Part shown: piece by piece, positions 39,951 to 44,166 of the stretch
Numbering within the stretch: position 1 is the stretch's first letter
Layout: each line of letters begins with the position of its first letter
DNA from: an uncultured Chloroflexia bacterium
GTDB taxonomy: Bacteria > Chloroflexota > Dehalococcoidia > DSTF01 > JALHUB01
NCBI GenBank assembly: GCA_963726245.1
Contig: CAVSBT010000001.1
Coordinates: 1 to 44,166 of the forward strand
DNA: 44,166 nt
Direction of reading: 5' to 3'
Notes under the pieces: model-generated
Databases searched by the model: none
Told to the model about the DNA's origin: nothing
What the model saw: the letters and a program-made list of their open reading frames with translations, nothing else
Translations under genes and position numbers: made by a program

Positions 39951-40454
39951 TGTCATTCTGAGTCCGCCAGAGGCGGACGAAGAATCCTGACGAGACCCTT
40001 CGCTTCGCTCAGGGTGACACAATTGGCAGCAGTCGCGGCTCAAGGAACGTGTCATTCTGAGCGCAGCGAAGAATCTCAGACCGACCTCATGGGTCAATAC
40101 TACGTTTACATCATGACCAACCGCTCGAGAACGCTGTACACAGGCGTCACGAACAACCTCGAGCGGCGAGTGTGTGAGCACAAGCACAAGCTGGCCCAAG
40201 GGTTCACTGAGAAGTACAACATCGCCATGCTGGTGTACTATGAGGCAACCGATGACGTTCGGGCTGCCATCCAGCGCGAGAAGCAGATCAAAGGCTGGCT
40301 GAGAAGCAAGAAGGTGGCACTGATAGAGTCGGCGAATCCCGAGTGGCAGGACTTGGCCGATGGGTGGTATGAGACAGGACCGGACTCTTCGCTGCGCTCA
40401 GAGTGACAGAGCAGGCAACCAGTCATTCTGAGTCCGCCATCAGGCGAAGAATCT
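39951..40454. mobile_element. Palindrome-flanked GIY-YIG cassette (REPtron-like)
   Basis: TGTC repeat pair 39951-40019; arms 40050-40076 and 40382-40408 enclose the gene; a further arm at 40422-40454. It sits between proB and proA. Confidence 0.65.
40089..40406 (+). CDS. Small stand-alone GIY-YIG nuclease (105 aa)
   Basis: YYVYIMTN..TLYTGVTNNLERRVCEH...LVYYE...AIQREKQIKGWLRSKKVALIESANPEWQDL. Confidence 0.92.
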   Translation: MGQYYVYIMTNRSRTLYTGVTNNLERRVCEHKHKLAQGFTEKYNIAMLVYYEATDDVRAAIQREKQIKGWLRSKKVALIESANPEWQDLADGWYETGPDSSLRSE

Positions 40455-40473
40455 GGCGCACGGTGAAGGCGAG

Positions 40474-40784
40474 ATGCTGCGCTGGCTCAAGCGATGGCTG
40501 GGCTACGACGAAGAGCCCCTGGTAGAGCTCGTGGGCGGCCTGAGCGATCCCGACGCCGAGATGTGGGCGGAGATGCTGCGGAACAGCGGCATCCCCGTCG
40601 TGGTGAAGAGCGCCAACCCGCTTCCGGGTTACCTTGGGACGCGGGCTGCCACCTTCGACTACTCCTTTCACGTCCGTGCCGGCGACGCCGCCCGCGCCCG
40701 CAGCTCCTGGCGCCGCTACTGAAGACCCAAGCCGACCCCTCACGCCAGCCGCGCCGCTTCCGCCGCCAGCGGGGGAGGAAGTGA
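40474..40784 (+). CDS. DUF2007-like small protein (probable frameshift near 40700)
   Basis: DPDAEMWAEMLRNSGIPVVVK...FHVRAGDAARAR, then QLLAPLL...RGRK* in the next frame. Confidence 0.65.
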
Positions 40785-40891
40785 CCAGCCCCGCGCGCCG
40801 CCCCGACTAGCCAGATGCCGCCCGTACGATTAGACTAGGCATCACCGAGACATTTCCGCGCCCCGGACCGGCTGGAAAGGACCGGCCTGCT

Positions 40892-41877
40892 ATGACCACG
40901 ACATCTTCCCCCAGCGCTCCGACACCGCCCGCAGCGAAGAGCTGGCGACCAAGGGCGCCGCCGCGCGGGCGGCCGCCCGCCGCCTGGCCACGGTCTCCAC
41001 CGTGGTGAAGAACGCCGCCCTCATCGCCATCGCCGATGCCCTCCTCTCCCACGAGAAGGAGATCCTGGCTGCCAACGCCCGCGACACGGAGGCCGCCCGC
41101 AGCGGCGGCGCCAGCGACTACATGCTCGACCGCCTGCTCCTCAACCACGACCGCCTCGCCACCATGGCCTCCGATGTCCGCGCCGTGGCCGCCTGCCCGA
41201 CCCGGTGGGCCAGATCGTTCGACGGGCGCACCCTCCCCAACGGCCTGATGGTCGGGCAAGATGCGGGTGCCCCTCGGCGTGCTCGGCCTGCATCTACGAG
41301 AGCCGCCCCAACGTCACCGTGGACATCTCGACCCTCTGCCTGAAGTCGGGCAACGCCTGCATCCTGCGCGGCGGCAAGGAGGCGATTCACTCCAACAGCG
41401 CCCTGGCCCGAGTCGTGGGCGGCGCCGCCACCGCCGCCGGCGTCCCCGAGGGCGCCGTCCAGTTCATCGAGAGCACGGACCGCGCCCTGGTGGGCGAGAT
41501 GCTGAAGATGCGCGACATCATCGACCTGGTGGTGCCCCGCGGCGGCGGCACTCATCGACTTCGTGGTGGAGAACGCCACGCATGCCGGTGCTGATCGGCG
41601 GCATCGGCGTCTGCCACACCTACGTGGACCGCGAGGCGGACCTGGCGAAGGCGGCCGACATCGCCTACAACGCCAAGTGCCGTCGCTACACCATCTGCAA
41701 CGCCCTCGACACCCTCCTGGTGCACCGCGACGTGGCTGCCGCCTTCCTGCCCGCCATCGCTCGGCGCTGGGCCGAGGGCGGCATCGAGATGCGCTGCGAT
41801 GAGCGGGCGCGGGCGGCCCTGGAGGGCGCGGGCATCGCCGGGCTGAAGGTGGTGCCGGCCCAGGAGGGCGACTTCGG
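40892..41877 (+). pseudogene. proA: Gamma-glutamyl phosphate reductase, copy 1 (frameshifted, 3'-truncated at EGDFG)
   Basis: [64 protein letters not shown]. The C-terminal part is absent. Confidence 0.8.
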
Positions 41878-42783
41878 GTGAAGAACGCCGCTCTCGTCGC
41901 CATCGCCGATGCCCTCCTCTCCCACGAGAAGGAGATCCTGGCTGCCAACACCCGCGACACGGAGGCGGCCCGCAGCGGCGGCGCCAGCGACTACATGCTC
42001 GACCGCCTGCTCCTCAACCACGACCGCCTTGCTACCATGGCCTCCGACGTCCGCGCCGTGGCCTCCCTGCCCGACCCGGTGGGCCAGATGTTCGACGGGC
42101 GCACCCTCCCCAACGGCCTGATGGTCGGCAAGATGCGGGTGCCCCTCGGCGTGCTGGCCTGCATCTACGAGAGCCGTCCCAACGTCACCGTGGACATCTC
42201 GACCCTCTGCCTGAAGTCGGGCAACGCCTGCATCCTGCGCGGGGGCAAGGAGGCGATTCACTCCAACAGCGCCCTGGCCCGCGTCGTGGGCGGCGCCGCC
42301 ACAACCGCCGGCGTCCCCGAGGGCGCCGTCCAGTTCATCGAGAGCACGGACCGCGCCCTGGTAGGCGAGATGCTGAAGATGCGCGACATCATAGACCTGG
42401 TGGTGCCCCGCGGTGGCGGCCTCATCGACTTCGTGGTGGAGAACGCGACCATGCCGGTGCTCATCGGCGGCATCGGCGTCTGCCACACTTACGTGGACCG
42501 CGAGGCGGACCTGGCGAAGGCGGCCGACATCGCCTACAACGCCAAGTGCCGTCGCTACACCATCTGCAACGCCCTCGACACGCTCCTGGTGCACCGCGAC
42601 GTGGCCGCCGCCTTCCTGCCGGCCATCGCTCGGCGCTGGGCCGAGGGCGGCATCGAGATGCGGTGCGATGAGCGGGCGCGGGCGGCCCTGGAGGGCGCGG
42701 GCATCGCGGGGCTGAAGGTGGTGCCGGCCCAGGAGGGCGACTCTGCCAAGGTCGTCATGGGATGGGCTGGACCTGATGAGTAA
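41878..42783 (+). pseudogene. proA: Gamma-glutamyl phosphate reductase, copy 2 (internal fragment VKNAAL..EGD fused to unrelated sequence at about 42741)
   Basis: Near-identical repeat of 41006-41873 without frameshifts. Lacks both native termini. Confidence 0.8.
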
Positions 42784-42798
42784 GGATGGTTTCCCAGC

Positions 42799-43960
42799 AT
42801 GATGGACGAAGCATACATTCCCCTTAGCAAGCCCACCATAGGGCAAGAGGAAATTGACGAGGTCATCGATACCCTGCGCGCGGGCTGGGTGACCGAGGGC
42901 CCAAAGGTTCGCCGCTTCGAGGAGGCGTTTCGGGACTACGTTGGCGTTGCCTACGCCGTCGCCGCCAGTTCGGGCACGGCGGCCCTGCACGTGGCCCTGG
43001 CTGCTGCCAGCATCGGCCCGGCGATGAAGTCATCACCACGCCGTTCACCTTCTGTGCCACCGTGAACGTGGTCTTCTACATGGGGGCTACGCCGGTTCTG
43101 GCTGACATCCGCCTGAACGACTACAACATCGATCCGGGGGAGGTGGAGAAAAAGATTACACCCCGCACCAAGGCGATAATCCCCGTCCACTACGCAGGCC
43201 AGCCCTGCGACATGGACCGACTGCTAGCCTTGGCTCGTAGCATGGTCTCTTCATCATCGAAGATGCGGCCCATGCCGCCGGTGCCGGTTACCGAGGCCGG
43301 CGATCGGTTCCATAGGTCACATGACCGCTTTCAGCTTCTACGCCAGCAAGAACATGACTACCGGCGAGGGCGGCATGCTTGTCACCGACGATGAGGAGTT
43401 GGCCCGCCGAGCCCGCCTCTTTGTTCACCAGGGCCTCACCCGTGATTCCTGGGCCCGCTACTCCAGAACGGCTTCTGGCACCATGATGTCGCAGCCTTGG
43501 GGTTCAAGTACAACATGTCGGATGTCCTTGCCTCCTTAGGGGGAATCCACCAGTTGGCGAGGCTGCCATCCCTAACAGAGGCCCGTCAGCGGGTCGCCCG
43601 TCAGTATCAACAGCTCTTCGAGTCTGTGCCGGAGATTGTTGTCCCTGAAGCGCTTGGGGAAGTGAACCACGTCTGGCACCTGTTCGTGATCGCCTTCGCA
43701 CCGAGATGCTTAGCATCGACCGGGGCCAGTTCATTGGACTTATGCGAGAGAGAGGCATTGCCACCTCGGTGCATTACATCCCTATCCACCATCACTCCGT
43801 GTATTGCCAACTCTTCGGTGACCTTCGGGGCCAGTTCCCCAACACCGAATCCGCCTACGAGGGCATTGTCTCGCTGCCCATCTACCCGAGCCTGACGGAA
43901 GCCGAGGTCCAGAGGGTGGGTGAGACAGCCATCGACATCGTCCGTCGACATCGAAGATGA
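42799..43960 (+). CDS. DegT/DnrJ/EryC1/StrS aminotransferase (frameshifts)
   Basis: [69 protein letters not shown]. Confidence 0.9.
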
Positions 43961-43979
43961 GTCGGCAGGAGACTATCTA

Positions 43980-44166
43980 ATGGTTGGCCGAGTTCTGATT
44001 GACAGGAGGCGGTGGGTTCATCGGGTCCCACCTCATCGAGAGCCTCCTCCAGCAGGGTCGGGAGGTGGTCTGTCTGGACCGCTTCAACCCTCTGGAAGTG
44101 GAGGGCGGGAACCTCGCGGCGGCGCGGGTCGACGACCCTCCGGTGGCCGTTGGAGATATGCTGGAC
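43980..44166 (+). CDS. NAD-dependent epimerase/dehydratase, 5' part (partial, frameshifted)
   Basis: MVGRVL then [26 protein letters not shown] (GxxGxxG Rossmann motif). Confidence 0.8.
   Translation, partial: MVGRVLIDRRRWVHRVPPHREPPPAGSGGGLSGPLQPSGSGGREPRGGAGRRPSGGRWRYAG

Noticed and set aside
89-44166. Mass pseudogenisation or programmed frameshifting
   Set aside because: Single-base indels hit conserved housekeeping genes whose motifs are otherwise intact, with no consistent slippery sites. Consensus error is more parsimonious.

Overview
High-GC bacterial chromosomal window. Gene content and order suggest Chloroflexota, Dehalococcoidia-like (inference). It looks like an indel-rich long-read or metagenomic consensus, because many ordinary housekeeping genes are split by single-base frameshifts. 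Left to right: a heat-shock locus (dnaJ 3' end, htrA, hspR, a SAM methyltransferase, two AT-richer accessory genes including a broken HEPN-like gene, and a tandemly duplicated clpC/clpB); a DUF5677-like gene, DUF4177, cysM, rpiB, TfoX-N, cytidylate-kinase-like, plsY, geranylgeranyl reductase, a bPH membrane protein and ilvE; an MBL hydrolase + gcvT-H-PA-PB operon; a sugar-dehydrogenase lipoprotein and a flavin reductase; a TetR-controlled beta-oxidation cluster; htpX, MBL, lgt, LysM/M23, rho, fsa/tal, pyrG, proB; a palindrome-flanked GIY-YIG gene; a duplicated, truncated proA; and the start of a DegT + epimerase sugar locus. Best candidate for an undescribed system: a small GIY-YIG nuclease gene enclosed by TGTC-tagged palindromic arms whose fold is conserved by compensatory changes, with gene-less copies of the same arms elsewhere in the window (a REPtron/REPIN-like arrangement without an HUH transposase). 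Other highlights: a 138-bp MITE with 18-bp TIRs and an 8-bp TSD, a CTAG-ended MITE with a nested palindrome, GTAG- and GAAG-tagged REP families (one inside gcvPA), a pyrG promoter predicted to initiate at GGGC ahead of a C6 hairpin, and a clear TetR promoter/operator. No rRNA, tRNA or CRISPR array was seen.
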